Shown here: one piece after another, positions 10,530-23,100 of the stretch
How positions within the stretch are numbered: position 1 is the first letter of the stretch
How the letters are laid out: each line of letters begins with the position of its first letter
From: Myxococcota bacterium
Lineage (GTDB): Bacteria > Myxococcota_A > UBA9042 > PHBI01 > JACKFB01
Direction: 5' to 3'
Assembly: GCA_041389525.1 (NCBI GenBank)
Contig: JAWKRR010000015.1
Location: 45,800-109,799, forward strand
DNA length: 64,000 nt
Position numbers and translations under genes: made by a program
Notes under the pieces: generated by a model
The model's input: the letters and a program-made list of their open reading frames with translations, nothing else
Told to the model about the DNA's origin: nothing
The model's database searches: none

Positions 10530-12005
10530 TCAGTTCTGGGGCGGTGGTAGCGGCGTCCCGGCGTGGAGCGCGCGTTCGATGGCCGAGGGCCCGCCCTCTT
10601 CAAGCCGAGCGCGCAGCTCGCTGAGCTCCTGAGACGCGCGGGCGATCGACTCACGCACCCGGTTGGGCGCGGGTCCGCCAGGGATGTCGCGGCGCGCCAG
10701 GCTGCGCGCGGCGTCCAGGACCTCGAGGGCGTCGTCCCCGAATGAAGGGTGCAGCTCGCGCAGGTCGGCCAGCTCGAGATCTTCGAGGCGGCAGCCGCGC
10801 CCGATGCACAGGCCCACCGCGGCCCCCACCACGTGGTGCGCCTCGCGAAACGGCACGCCCTGCTCGACGAGGTGGTCGGCGAGGTCCGTCGCCAGCAAGA
10901 AGCCGTCGGTCAGCGCCCCCAGCATGCGGTCGGGGCGCACTCGGGTCGCCTCCAGCAGCGCCGGCAGGATGCCGATGCAGGTCCGCGCGGTCCGGAACGC
11001 GTCGATGATGGGCTCCTTGTCCTCCTGCATGTCCTTATTATAGGCCAGCGGGAGACCCTTCATCGTGACCAGCAGCGACTGCAGCGCGCCGAAGACCCGC
11101 CCCGCCTTCCCACGCAAGAGCTCGGGGATATCCGGGTTCTTCTTCTGCGGCATGAGGCTAGAGCCCGTGCAAAAGGCGTCGGACAGCTCGATGAAGCCGA
11201 ACTCCTGGGAAGCCCAGAGCACCAGCTCCTCGGCGAGCCGGCTGGTGTGGACCATCAGGATCGCGAGCGTGCTCAGGGATTCCAGGGCGGCGTCGCGATC
11301 GCTGACCCCGTCGAGGCTGTTCAGCGTGACGCCCGGCATCTCCAGCTCAGCGGCGACTCGCGAGCGGTCCAGCGGCAGCGGCGACGCGGCCAGCGCCCCC
11401 GAGCCCAGCGGGGACACCGCGGCGCGGCGCCTCGCGTCCAGTAGCCGATCCATGTCGCGCAGATACATCGCGGCGTAGGCCATCAGGTGGTGGCCGAAGG
11501 TGATGGGCTGCGCCCGCTGCAGGTGCGTGTATCCCGGCATCGGCACTTCGCAGTGCAGCATTGCCAACTCGAGCAGCGCATCGACCGTCGCGCCCAGCTC
11601 CTCGCCGAGCGCGGTGAGCTCGCGACGCAACCACAGCCTCAGATCGAGCGCGACCTGATCGTTGCGACTGCGCCCGGTGTGCAGCCGCCCGGCCGTCGGC
11701 CCTATCGCATCTGCGAGGGCGCCTTCGACATTCATGTGCACGTCTTCGCGCGCGACGGTGAACTCGAATCGACCGGCTCGGATCTCGGCCGCGATGTCGA
11801 CGAGGCCCGCCTCGATCATCGTGTGCTCTTCAGCGGCCAGCAGCCCCTGAGCGCGCAGCATTCGCGCGTGAGCGATCGAACCCGCGATGTCTTCGAGCGC
11901 CAGCACCTGGTCGAACGACACGGAGGCGTTCATCGCCTCCACCGCGGCGTGCGTCGATTCCGTGAAACGCCCGCCCCACGCCTTGCCCTTTTCGCCACCG
12001 CTCAT
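10530..12005 (-). CDS. argH: argininosuccinate lyase
   Basis: 491 aa fumarate-lyase superfamily member with the N-terminal GGRF...ALEDIAGSIAHARML region typical of ArgH and the GSSxMPQKxNP lyase signature (GSSLMPQKKNP). Confidence 0.9.
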   Translation of the reverse strand: MSGGEKGKAWGGRFTESTHAAVEAMNASVSFDQVLALEDIAGSIAHARMLRAQGLLAAEEHTMIEAGLVDIAAEIRAGRFEFTVAREDVHMNVEGALADAIGPTAGRLHTGRSRNDQVALDLRLWLRRELTALGEELGATVDALLELAMLHCEVPMPGYTHLQRAQPITFGHHLMAYAAMYLRDMDRLLDARRRAAVSPLGSGALAASPLPLDRSRVAAELEMPGVTLNSLDGVSDRDAALESLSTLAILMVHTSRLAEELVLWASQEFGFIELSDAFCTGSSLMPQKKNPDIPELLRGKAGRVFGALQSLLVTMKGLPLAYNKDMQEDKEPIIDAFRTARTCIGILPALLEATRVRPDRMLGALTDGFLLATDLADHLVEQGVPFREAHHVVGAAVGLCIGRGCRLEDLELADLRELHPSFGDDALEVLDAARSLARRDIPGGPAPNRVRESIARASQELSELRARLEEGGPSAIERALHAGTPLPPPQN

Positions 12006-12009
12006 GGGC

Positions 12010-13779
12010 TTAGAACTGCATCGTCAGGCGCGTCTGCACAGTGAACGCGAACTTCGCCGCGCGGACGCGGTCACCGTTCTGGTCCAGCAGATCGAAGGCC
12101 TTGCCGGGGAAGAGGAAGCCGCTCTCGATGTCGAGGTTGAACTTGCCCTTCTCCTCGTAGAACAGACGGAGGTCGGCCTCCACGCCCAGGTGGCGCTTGT
12201 TGCCAGGGGTCCCCTCGGGGGCGAGCGCCTCGGCGACCAGGATGTCGAGCCGCGCGCCCAGGGCCTCCTCGACCGAGTCGAACACGTCGTAGGAGACGTA
12301 GGGCTTGAAGTAGACCGTGTTGGTCACGGCGCCGATGACCTCGCGGAAGAGCAACAGATCGATGTGGTAGTCGCGGTCGAACTTGAAGCCGGTGACCCGG
12401 CGGTTCGGCGAGCCGTCCTGTTCGGCCAGCACTGGGCGATCGTTGACTCCGAAGCCCTCCGCGGAGTCCCCGGTGGCTAGGCCCGCATCAAGCCCGGCCG
12501 AGATCTGACCGCGCTGGTACTCAAGCTCCATCGCGACGCCGAACTGTCGGATCTTGCGCCCCGAGTCATCGGTCGACGCGTCGTCGCTCACGTTGCCGAT
12601 CTCGCCGATGAGTCCGGCCGCCTCCAGCTCGAAGCTGATGCCGCTGGTGTAGTTGAACCGCTTCTCAAAGCGCAGCCACAGGTCGGGCACGACGACCCAC
12701 GCGTCGCGCGGGACCAGCGACAACCCAGGCTGGGTCTTGTTGCCGCCGTAGTTCAGATACTCATTGTACGACTCCAGCGAGAGGTCGAGCTTCTGCATCC
12801 GGAACACCGTGTACAGACCCCAATCGAACGCCGGCTTGAAGTTCTCGCGGAGGTCGATCTGCCGCTTCGCCTTCTCCGTCTCGCTCAGCGGCCGCTGGAA
12901 GATCGCCAGCACCCACTGCTTCACGTCGTCAGCCTGCCCGAGATCCTTAGCCTGGCCGAAGAAGTTGCCTGGATCTTCGGTGGTCGCTCCCGAGTACGCG
13001 AAGTCCCACATCGGCGCGATGTAGACCCCGTAGATCTTGAGCAGCAGCATCGCGCGGTCCACGTAGTCGCCGTAGTCGGCGTCGATGCCCTGGCCGCCGT
13101 TCGCCAGCATCCCCAGGCCCCAGTGCGATGACATGCGGCCAAGGCGCAGCATGAAGGCGGGCTGCCACTCAGCGTAGGCTTCCTTTACACGGATGCCGTC
13201 GCGAAAGCTGTTCACCCCAGACTGCGGCGGCGCCTGGCTGGAGGTGAACGCCGACAGGGGCACGTCCGGCCGAGAGAGGTTGCCGTCGAAGTCGGGCGTC
13301 GACCCGAGCACGAGGTTGTCCAGCACGTCGAAGGTCGCCGCGATCCGGATCGAGGGAGAGATGTGGAACTTGGGCTGGTACCGGAAGCGGATGTTGGCAC
13401 CCGCGATCGTCTTGGCGCCGTTGGCATTCACCTGATCGGCGAACGGAGTGTCCGGATCGTTGTTGATGACGTTCTCATTGAGCGGCGCCGGGATCGAGCT
13501 GGTCCGCTGCGAGCGATCGTCCGGATTCACCGTGCCCAAATGGCCGCGCCAGAACAGATCGCCGCGGAAGCGGAAATAACCGTGGTGCTCGAGCCGCGGA
13601 TAGCTCGGGGGACGCTCGGCCTGCTTGTCGGCCCATCCACCTAATGAGGAGTCCTTCCCGGCCTCCTCAATCAGCTTCTCTAGCTCGTCGTCCACCTCGT
13701 CGGCGCCTGCGGGGCCTGCGGCGAGAGGGGCTGCGAGCGCGAGAATCAGGGCGAGTGAAATCGGGCCGACACGTCGCAT
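12010..13779 (-). CDS. predicted outer-membrane protein of an uncharacterised myxobacterial family (paralog A of 38290-40287)
   Basis: Signal peptide MRRVGPISLALILALAAPLAAGPAGA with the start moved to an internal Met. Terminal residue is F (…TRLTMQF), typical of beta-barrel outer-membrane proteins. Clear homology along its full length to ORF 38290-40287. Stop lies 4 nt from the argH start. Confidence 0.55.
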   Translation of the reverse strand: MRRVGPISLALILALAAPLAAGPAGADEVDDELEKLIEEAGKDSSLGGWADKQAERPPSYPRLEHHGYFRFRGDLFWRGHLGTVNPDDRSQRTSSIPAPLNENVINNDPDTPFADQVNANGAKTIAGANIRFRYQPKFHISPSIRIAATFDVLDNLVLGSTPDFDGNLSRPDVPLSAFTSSQAPPQSGVNSFRDGIRVKEAYAEWQPAFMLRLGRMSSHWGLGMLANGGQGIDADYGDYVDRAMLLLKIYGVYIAPMWDFAYSGATTEDPGNFFGQAKDLGQADDVKQWVLAIFQRPLSETEKAKRQIDLRENFKPAFDWGLYTVFRMQKLDLSLESYNEYLNYGGNKTQPGLSLVPRDAWVVVPDLWLRFEKRFNYTSGISFELEAAGLIGEIGNVSDDASTDDSGRKIRQFGVAMELEYQRGQISAGLDAGLATGDSAEGFGVNDRPVLAEQDGSPNRRVTGFKFDRDYHIDLLLFREVIGAVTNTVYFKPYVSYDVFDSVEEALGARLDILVAEALAPEGTPGNKRHLGVEADLRLFYEEKGKFNLDIESGFLFPGKAFDLLDQNGDRVRAAKFAFTVQTRLTMQF

Positions 13780-14132
13780 CAACTGCTCCTTAGCCACCTG
13801 GGGGCAAGGCTCGCTAGCAGTCACGCCGCCCGACTGTCAAGCAGGGGCGGAACGCCTCCACACAACCCGCGTGACCTCGGTCGGTCGCTCCAAAAAATTG
13901 CGGGTCGGTTCTGGGGGCCTGTAACCGGCGGATCTGCGTGCTTTGACGCACTCTTGGCCCCTCTCGGGGGCTGGCCGTGAAAACCCGGCGATTGCAACGC
14001 ACCGTGAGGATCGTAGACTGACGCCAACCTGAGGGGCAACGTATGTCCTCCAGGCTCACCGGGTCTTGAGCGGGGGCGCTCGTCACCCGGCTCGTCGGAA
14101 TCGACAGGCAGACAGAAGAGAGGGGTAGGGCG

Positions 14133-17100
14133 ATGAAAGGCTGGCTCCGTTTTATCGGGCATAGCGGAATGATGCTCGTAGTCGCGTTGGCCCTGGTCAC
14201 CGCAGGCTGCGAGCAAGAACCAACCACCTCCTCGCCAGGGCCGCTATCGGCTTCGGCGGCGGAGACTGAAACGTCGGACGCACCCGGCACCGCGGCTCTA
14301 ACAGCTGCGAACTCACCGACCGTGAAGTTCACGTCGCCTCCGGCGAACAAGAGCTTCACCGTGGGTGACTCGGTTGTCGCGACGATCACCGTCTCCAACG
14401 CCACGCTCGGCACCGGCGCGGGGGAGTACAAGATTCAGTACTTCCTCGACGGCGCGCCCGTAGGCGCTGCGGTCACGACCGCGGCTAGCTTTACGTACGG
14501 CGCGTTGACGCTCGGCCGTCGCCACCTCGCGGTGGCGCTCGTCGATCAGGCGGGGGAATTCCTGCCGAATCCGGAGAGCCTGAACAGCCTCTATATAAAG
14601 ATGAAGACGACGTGCGCGAAAGCCACCGACTGTGAGGAGGGCTTGGCCTGCTCCGCACAGGCTTGTACGTCGAACGTCTGCAACTGGGGTCCGATCCAGA
14701 ACTGCTGCGACCACGATCTTGAGTGCGCGTTCGGCTCGTTCTGCGTCGCCGGTAAGTGCAACGAGTGCCTGGACAACTCCCACTGCGATGACGGCGACCC
14801 CTGCACCACCGACACCTGCGGCGTGTCCGGATCGTGCTTCCATGACACGATCCCCGGTTGCTGCAACGTCCTCAACGACAAGCGCTGCAACGACAACGAC
14901 GCGTGCACGATCGACTCCTGCAACGTCGGCTCCCTGACCTGCGAGAACGTCAGCAACGGCAACCCGCTCTGCTGCAACACCGCCGCCGACTGCACCGCGA
15001 CCGACCCCTGCCTCGCGCGCCTCTGCTACGTCAACACCAAGACCGGCGAGCATCGCTGCCGCTACGGTCCGCAAGAGCTCGGCTGCTGCACCAGCAACGC
15101 GCAGTGCGCCGACTCGAACCCCTGCACCCTCGACCAGTGCGAGTACAGCAACCCTGGCGACGACAAGGGCTCGTGTACGCATGAGCCCGATCCGGGCAAG
15201 CCGATCTGCTGCCTGAGCAAGGCTGACTGCGACGACGGGGACCTCAGCACGCTGGACACCTGCGTCGCGAACGCCTGCGTCCACACCGACGACCCGACCT
15301 ACTGCAGCCTGCCGTCCACCAGCGGCCTCGTGATCAACGAGATCATGGTCGCGCCGGGCAACATCGACGACGCCCTGGGCGAGTGGTTCGAGATCTACAA
15401 CAGCACCAGCCAGCCGATTAACATCGCCGGCTACACCATCTCTACGGACGCCGGACAGACGCACACCATCACCGCAGCCAACGCGGTCTCCGGGCCCCCG
15501 ACCGGCCTGCTCGTGCAGTCGAAGTCCTACTACGTGCTCGCCCGCAACGTGGACTCCACGCTCAACGGCGGCTTCAAGCCGAACTACCAGTACCTAAACA
15601 TCACGTTCCCCGACAAGTTCGAGAGCGGCGCCGACGTCACGCGCACCCTGACCCTGAAGGACGCCAGCGGCACGGTCATCGACAGCGTGACCTACAACAC
15701 CGCGACCTGGCCTTCGCAGAACGGCCGCTCCTACGCGTTGACCCACCCCTACGTGGACAACAGCGTCGTCGGGAACTGGCGCGCCGCGGGCACCAACAAG
15801 AACTCGGCGAAGAACATCAAGTATGGCGCTTCGGCCAACAACCTCTATGGCTCGCCCAAGAACCTCAATAGCGACATCTTCCTGGGCGTGCTCGACCCGG
15901 TGAACTGCGATGAGCCCCAGGCCAGCACCTGCGCCGAGGGTCGTTGCGGAGTGGACAACCACTGCGCGTACACCGCCGCCGCCGGCTGCTGCACCTCCAA
16001 CGCCGACTGCAACGACTTCGACGCCTGCACGACCGACTCGTGCAACATCGCCACCAACACCTGCAACCCGCCGGTGGTTGACCCGCTCTGCTGCAAGGCC
16101 AACTCGGACTGCAACGACAACGACCCCTGCAACGTCGACCGTTGCATCGGCGGCACCTGCCGCTACAGCGGAAGCGTCATCCCCGGCTGCTGCGTGAACA
16201 ACGCAGGCTGCGACGACGACAACGCCTGCACCATCGACGCATGCGACACCGTCGCGAAGGTCTGCAAGGCCGCCACGCCGGTCGTGCTGCCGGGCGGCGC
16301 CCAGTGCTGCACCGGGCCCTCCGACTGCGACGACGGCAGCCCGGCCACCATCGACATCTGCGACTTCAACAACGACCCGCCGTCGTGCATCTCGGCGCCC
16401 GACCCCGACTACTGCAACCAGGCGAGCGACCCGTGTGACGACGGCTTGGCCTGCACGAGTGACTCCTGCGACGTCGGCGCCCAGCGTTGCCGCCACGAGC
16501 TGCTCCCGGGCTGCTGCGCGGTGAACGCCGACTGCCCGTCGGACAACAACCCCTGCACGGCTGAGTCCTGCGATAAGGCGACGGGCAACTGCCAGTCGAT
16601 CCCCGTCGTCGGCTGCTGCTTGTCGGACAACGCTTGCGATGACGGCAACGTGTGCACGGTCGACTCCTGCGGCGCCGGCAACGTCTGCCATCATCTCCCG
16701 GTCCAGGGCTGCTGCCAGTCGGCCTCCGACTGCGACGACGGCCTGCCCTGCACGACCGACACGTGCAGCGGAAACGTCTGCACCCATCAGAATCAGTCGG
16801 CCTGCTGCACGCCCGGCGCAAGCCAGGCGGTGCTCGTCGGCCAGTGCGGCCCCGACCCCGACGGTCCGGCGACCTGCCTCCAGTGGGAGTGCACCGTCGC
16901 TGGCGAGTGCAACCTCCTTCAGAACGCGAACTGCTGTGCGGTGTCCGCCGACTGCGACGACGGCGACCCGTGCACGACGGATCTCTGCCAGGCCAACAAG
17001 ACCTGCAAGCACCTGCAGACCACCAGCGGCGGCTGCTGCGTCCTGAACAGCAACTGCCCGAACGCCGACGGCAACTCCTGCACGGCGCCCTTCTGCGACG

Positions 17101-20100
17101 CCGGACTCTGCACCGAGACGGCGATCCCCGGTTGCTCGCCTCCGATCGTCCCGCCCGTGGGCGGTGGACCCGGCGGCGGCGACCCCGGCACCGACCCGTC
17201 CTCGTGCTGGATCAGCACCACCGCCGGCTTCCTCGGACCCGATGAGCACGCCGCGTGCATCGGCCTCGGTCACGTCGTCGGCGCCGGCGCGGTTCTGTCG
17301 AGCTTCGGCTTCGCGCCGAAGAACGCGGATGACGCCACGGTCCAGTTCAACATGGCCTGGAACAACGGCCCCGGCACCCACTCCATCACGGTCATGGCGA
17401 CCGCGGTCCAGGGCAACTTCGCCTCGGCCGAGGTGCTTGAGGTCGTCGACGCCAGCGGCTCGAACCCGGGGACGCAGTACACACTGAGTCTCTCGAACTC
17501 GATGCTCGCGCAGAATCAGGTCTGGATCGGCTGGCGGGTCGACAGCGACACCCCGGACAACGTGGATGTCGCCGTCGACGACTTCATCGTCGGCACAGGC
17601 CACGCCCCGTTCTTCGTCGGGGCGCTCCAGGCGGACAAGACCTACGACCGCAGCGCGGACCAGCTCGCGGACGGCGGCACCATCATCTCGGCGCTGGGCG
17701 ACACGAAGGTGAAGACCTTCTGGGCCCATGACGTGGAGTGGAACGCACAGACGCTGACCTTCGAGCTGCTGGATGCGCCGTCCTTCGTCACGGTGAAGAA
17801 CATCGCGAAGATGAGCCTCTGGGGCGTGTGGCAGGCGCAGATTCAGGTGAAGCCGACTACGCCGGCTCACATCGGCACCTACTCGGTGCGACTGCGCGTG
17901 TCCGACGGCGCCTTCACGACCACGCTGCCCATTCAGGTGCAGGTCACGCTCGGCAGTGGCTACGTGCTCTGGGCTCCGGGCGGCGCGGCGGCCGACGGCG
18001 ACGCGCTGGCCACCGGCCTCGACGCGGCGAATATCACCTACCAGCGAGTGACCTCGCTCAGCCAGGTCGCGGACTTCTCGCAGGTGCGCGCGCTCTTCAT
18101 CTCGGGCGGCGGCGCCTCGTCGAAGCACATCTTCACGAACAGTGAAGTTGCGGCGGCGGTGGCCTTCTCCGAGGCCGGCGGACACATCTACATGGAGGGC
18201 TCGGCGACCTTCGCTGAGGACCCCCAGACTGCGCTGCAGGCCAAGATGCAGGTCGCGCTTGTCACCCAGGACGGCGGCGTCTTCGGGCCGATGGCGGGCT
18301 CGTGGTTCCACCACCCCCACACCTGGGCCTACTCGTCGGACGTCAGCTACTACAACGATGTCGACCACATTGCGCCCAAGCCGGCCTCGAACGCTCGCAA
18401 GGTGCTCAGCCACGTTGCGGACGGCGCGGCCATCGCGGTGGCGTCTGAGGACGGCACGACCGGCGGCCGCACGTACGCGACGTCGCTGCTCTACAGCAAG
18501 CTTGCCGCTGACGGCGCCGCGCCGGCCGCGTTCCTCGTGGACGTCCTCGACTACTTCGAGAACGGCTTCGGCGGCTGTACCGTGAACGCGGGCTGCGATG
18601 ATGGAGACCCCTGCACCATCGACAGCTGCGTCGGTGGCCAGTGCCAGAACTCGCACGACGCGAACTGCACCTCCTGCCAGGCCGACTCGGACTGCCCGGG
18701 CGACCAGATCTGCAAGCCGAACGGCGACTGCGAAGATCCGCCGGGCGACGAAGAAGGCGGCGGCGGTCCGACCCCGCAGGACTTCAACTGCAACCAGACC
18801 GACGAGATCATCGACCTGGTGAAGACCACGAACGGGTTCAAGCTCATCGACGATGTGCAGACCCACGTGAAGATCACCATGCACCCGACGCAGAAGATCG
18901 GCTGGCTTCGCATTCAGCTGAAGCACGGCGGCCGCGTGGTGAGCTTGCTCGAGCCGGATCCGTCGGTGACGACGAACGTGCTCGACGCCACCTTCGACCT
19001 CGGTCGTCTGCCGGCAGCCGGCTCGATGAACGACTTCGACGGCACCATGCTGCAGGGCGACTGGGTCCTCTCGGTGGAGAACACCAAGGGCGGTCAGAAG
19101 TGCGGCACCGTCGACGAGTGGCAGCTCTTCGTCACGAGCATCGTCCCGCCGGCATGCACCCTCGACTCCGAGTGTGACAACGGCCAGGCGTGCGACGGTC
19201 TCGAGACCTGCAACGCCGGTACCTGCCAGGCCGGCACGCCGCTGGACTGCAATGATGCGAACCCCTGCACGGTCGACACCTGCGACAGCGGTGCCGGCGG
19301 CGGTGGCGGCGCGTGCGACAACACCGAGCGGGCGTCGTCCTGCGCGGGCGCTCCCTGCTCCGGTGGCAACAGCATCGACGCCGGTGACGGCGAGTGCGGT
19401 CTGCTCGACGCGTGTGTCGGCGGCCTCAATGGCGCGGCCGGTGTCTGCACCGTGGTCTGCCCCACCTGCACGGTCGGTCACAGCGGCGCGGTCGAAACCT
19501 CCTTCAACGACTTCCAGTGCGTCACGGCTCTGGTGAACCTGACCGCGCCCAACCAGTATGTCTCGCAGGTCTTCGTGAGAGCGGACGTGTCTCACGACAA
19601 CCTGGGCGAGCTGACGGTCAAGCTCTTCTCGCCGGACAACAGCTCCGGAACCCTGCTCAACCTGCAGGGCAACGGCTTGGCCGACTTCCACAGCACCTGG
19701 CCCTTCTCGAACCCGACGCCGAACCTCTGCTCCATGGCGGGCGTGGCTGCGACGGGTCTGTGGAAAGTGCAGGTCTGTGACACGGGTCTCGGCAACACCG
19801 GTATCCTCCACTCGGCCAGTGTGTGGGTTGAGTCGCAGGTGGCCGATCCGAGCGCGGGTCAGACCTGCGCCAACGCACTCGTGATTCCTGCCGACGGCGA
19901 CCCCCACACGGTGGTCGGCACGACGGCCTGCTTCGCCGACTCGACCCAGGGCTCCTGCTCGGGTGGCGACGGACACGACGTGGTCCACTCCGTCACGCTG
20001 CTGAGCCGGCAGCGGGTCCGGGCCACCTTGGCTACGCCTACGTTCAACGGCGCGCTCTACGCGACCAACAGCTGCGCCTCGGGCTCTTACGCCTGCCAGG

Positions 20101-23100
20101 ACACGCAGCCGGCCGGCGGTCTGGAGTCCCTGGACGTCCACCTCGACCCCGGTACGTGGTTCCTGGTGGTCGACGCCCTCGACGAGAATCAGGACGGCGC
20201 CTACACGCTCGACGTGCAGGTCACCGACCTCATCCCCAACGGCGGCACCTGCACCGACGGACTCGACTGCAACAGCGGCCACTGCCAGAACGGCTTCTGC
20301 TGTGGCAGCGGCAACTGCTGCAACGTGATCGCGGACTGCCCGGCCAGCCACTCGGCGGCGTCGGTCTGCAACAGCGCGACGACCTGCCAGGGCTTCCGCG
20401 TCGACGCGACCTGCATCGCCAACAAGTGCGGCTCCAAGAACACCGCGGACGACTCGGGCTGTGACACGGCCACCGTGGCCAAGGATTGTGGCTTGGTCGC
20501 GCCGCTCTACTGCACCGGCGAGCAGGTCCAGGATCCCGCTCAGCCCTGCCCGCCCGGTTGCGCGTTCGATGACGCCAATTGCGCGGCCGGCGCCCACTGC
20601 TTCGAGGGCACCGAGCTCTGCCGAGTCGACCTCCCGAACGGCAGCGCCTGCGAGCGCGACGGACACTGTGAGTCCGACCAGTGCGTGGACGGCTTCTGCT
20701 GCGACTCGCCCTGCGACGGCTCCTGTGAGCAGTGCGACAAGGCTGGCTCCATCGGCACCTGCTCGCTCAGCGCCGCGGGTACCGACCCGGCTGACGACTG
20801 CCCGGGCACGGGCATCTGCGGCGGTCTCTGCGATGGTGCAGGCGGCTGCGGGTTCACTCCGACCACGACCTCTTGCGGTCCGTGCCTCCGCTGCGACGGC
20901 GCTGGCGCCTGCTCGGTCGGTCAGCCCGCGAACACCGACCCCGATGACACCTGCTCGACTTGCCAGGTCTGCAACGGCCTGACCGGTGGTGCCGCAGCGT
21001 GTGTGCCGGTGGCGAGCGGACAGGATCCGATCGACGACTGCTCGCCCCAGGGCGCTACGACCTGTGGTCGCACCGGCGTCTGCAATGGCAGCGGCGCCTG
21101 CGAGAACTTCCCGGCCGCCACGCCGTGCATCGCGCAGACCTGCACCCTCGGCTTCCGCGACCCGGTCCACCTCTGTGACGGCGCGGGCACTCCGACAAGC
21201 TGCGTGGATCCGCCGGACGAGTTCTGCGGTGGCTTGGCGTGTACGGCTGACGGCCTCGACTGCCGCACGAACTGCACGCAGGACTCCGAGTGCATCACGG
21301 GCTACTACTGTGACAACCCGGGTCCGACCGGCACCTGCCTGTCGAAGCTCGGCAACGGCGAGGCCTGCAGCGCGGACAACGAGTGCACCACCAACTTCTG
21401 CACCGACGGTGTCTGCTGCGTCAGCGCTTGCGCCGGCGCCTGCCGCCGCTGCGACGTGGTTGGCGACGGTACCTGCACCCTGCACCCGTTCCCGACGGAC
21501 CCCGAGACGGGTTGCGGCTCCTACTGGTGCAACGGGACCGGCGCGTGCAACGTGACCTGCTCGGTCGACTCCGACTGCAAGGCGTTCCACTTCTGCAACG
21601 GCACCACCTGCGAGCCCAAGGCTGGCCTCGGTGGCCCCTGCACCGCTGACAACCAGTGCAGCCAGGGCGTCTGCAACCTCGCCGACGGCGTCTGCTGCGA
21701 CGGGCCCTGCAGCCGCACTTGCGAGAGCTGCAAGCTCGCCGGCTTCGAGGGTACCTGCACCATCATCTCGGCGGGCCAGGACCCCGACGAGGAGTGCGCG
21801 GGCTCCGGTGCCTGTGGCGGTGCCTGCGACGGCAACCCGAACGGTGGTAGCTGCTCGTTCCCGCTGGCCGGGACCGACTGTGGCAACTGCAAGACCTGCA
21901 ACGGTGGCGGCTCGTGCACCACGGTGCCGGCGAACTCGGACCCGAACAACAGCTGTGGGGTGTGCCAGACATGCAACGGCACCGGCGGCTGCAAGAACGT
22001 GCCGTTTGGGACCGACTTCCACGACGACTGCACGGCGTCGGCCCAGACCACATGCGGCCTGGACGGACAGTGCGACGGCAACGCGGCCTGCGACTTCTGG
22101 GGCTCGGGCGCCGTAGTCACGCCGGCGAGTTGCTCGGCCGGAGTGCTGTCGCTGGCTGACACCTGCGACGGCAACGGCGCGACCGTGGACGGCGGCACAC
22201 AGAGCTGCGCGCCGTACATCTGCGCCAGTGGCACCGCGTGCCGCACGACCTGCGCCTCGCACTCCGACTGCGCGACTGGCAACTTCTGCGACTTCAATGA
22301 CCTCGACGGTGACGGTCGTACCAACGACTGCGTGCCGAAGCGGCTCAACGGTCAGCAGTGTCACCTGGGCGCGCCCTTCGAGTGCCTCAACGGCACCTGC
22401 AACAACGGCGGCATCTGCTGCGGTGGTGGCGGCGACTGCTGCACCAACGCCGGTAGCTGCACGCACCAGGCGGTCCCGCCGGCATGCAGCTCGGCGGCGC
22501 CCGGCGGCTGCTCGGGCTTCCGCAAGGACGCCTTCTGCAACGCCAGCAACGTGTGTGCGGTCACGGGCTCCATCTCCGACCCGTCGGCATGCGCTTCCAA
22601 CGCCTGCGACGCGGCGAAGTGCGTGGGCCTGACCTTCACGGCTCAGAAGTTCTGTAACGCCACGGGCGGCTGCACGGTCGGCGGCACGGTGTTCTCGTGT
22701 AACGACGGCAACCCCTGTACTACCGACTCCTGCAACACCGGTGGTACCTGCGGTCACGTCAATGACAACACCCAGACCGTGGTCTGCTACGAGGGACCTG
22801 CGGGCACCCGGAGCGTCGGTCAGTGCCAGGACGGTCTGCGTCCCTGCATCGACGGTCTGACCGGTGCGTGCAACGGCCAGGTGCTGCCTGCGACTGAGAC
22901 CTGCAATGCGCCGGGCTCGAAGGTCGACGAGGACTGCGACGGTGCCACGGATGAAGAGGGCGCAGCGGGCTGTGTCATCTACTTCAAGGACGTCGACGGC
23001 GACGGGTTCGGCATCTCGGGTACGGGCAACGCCAAGTGCCTCTGCGTGCCGGACAACACCTTCCGCGCCCTGGTCCCCGGTGACTGCGACGACAACAATC

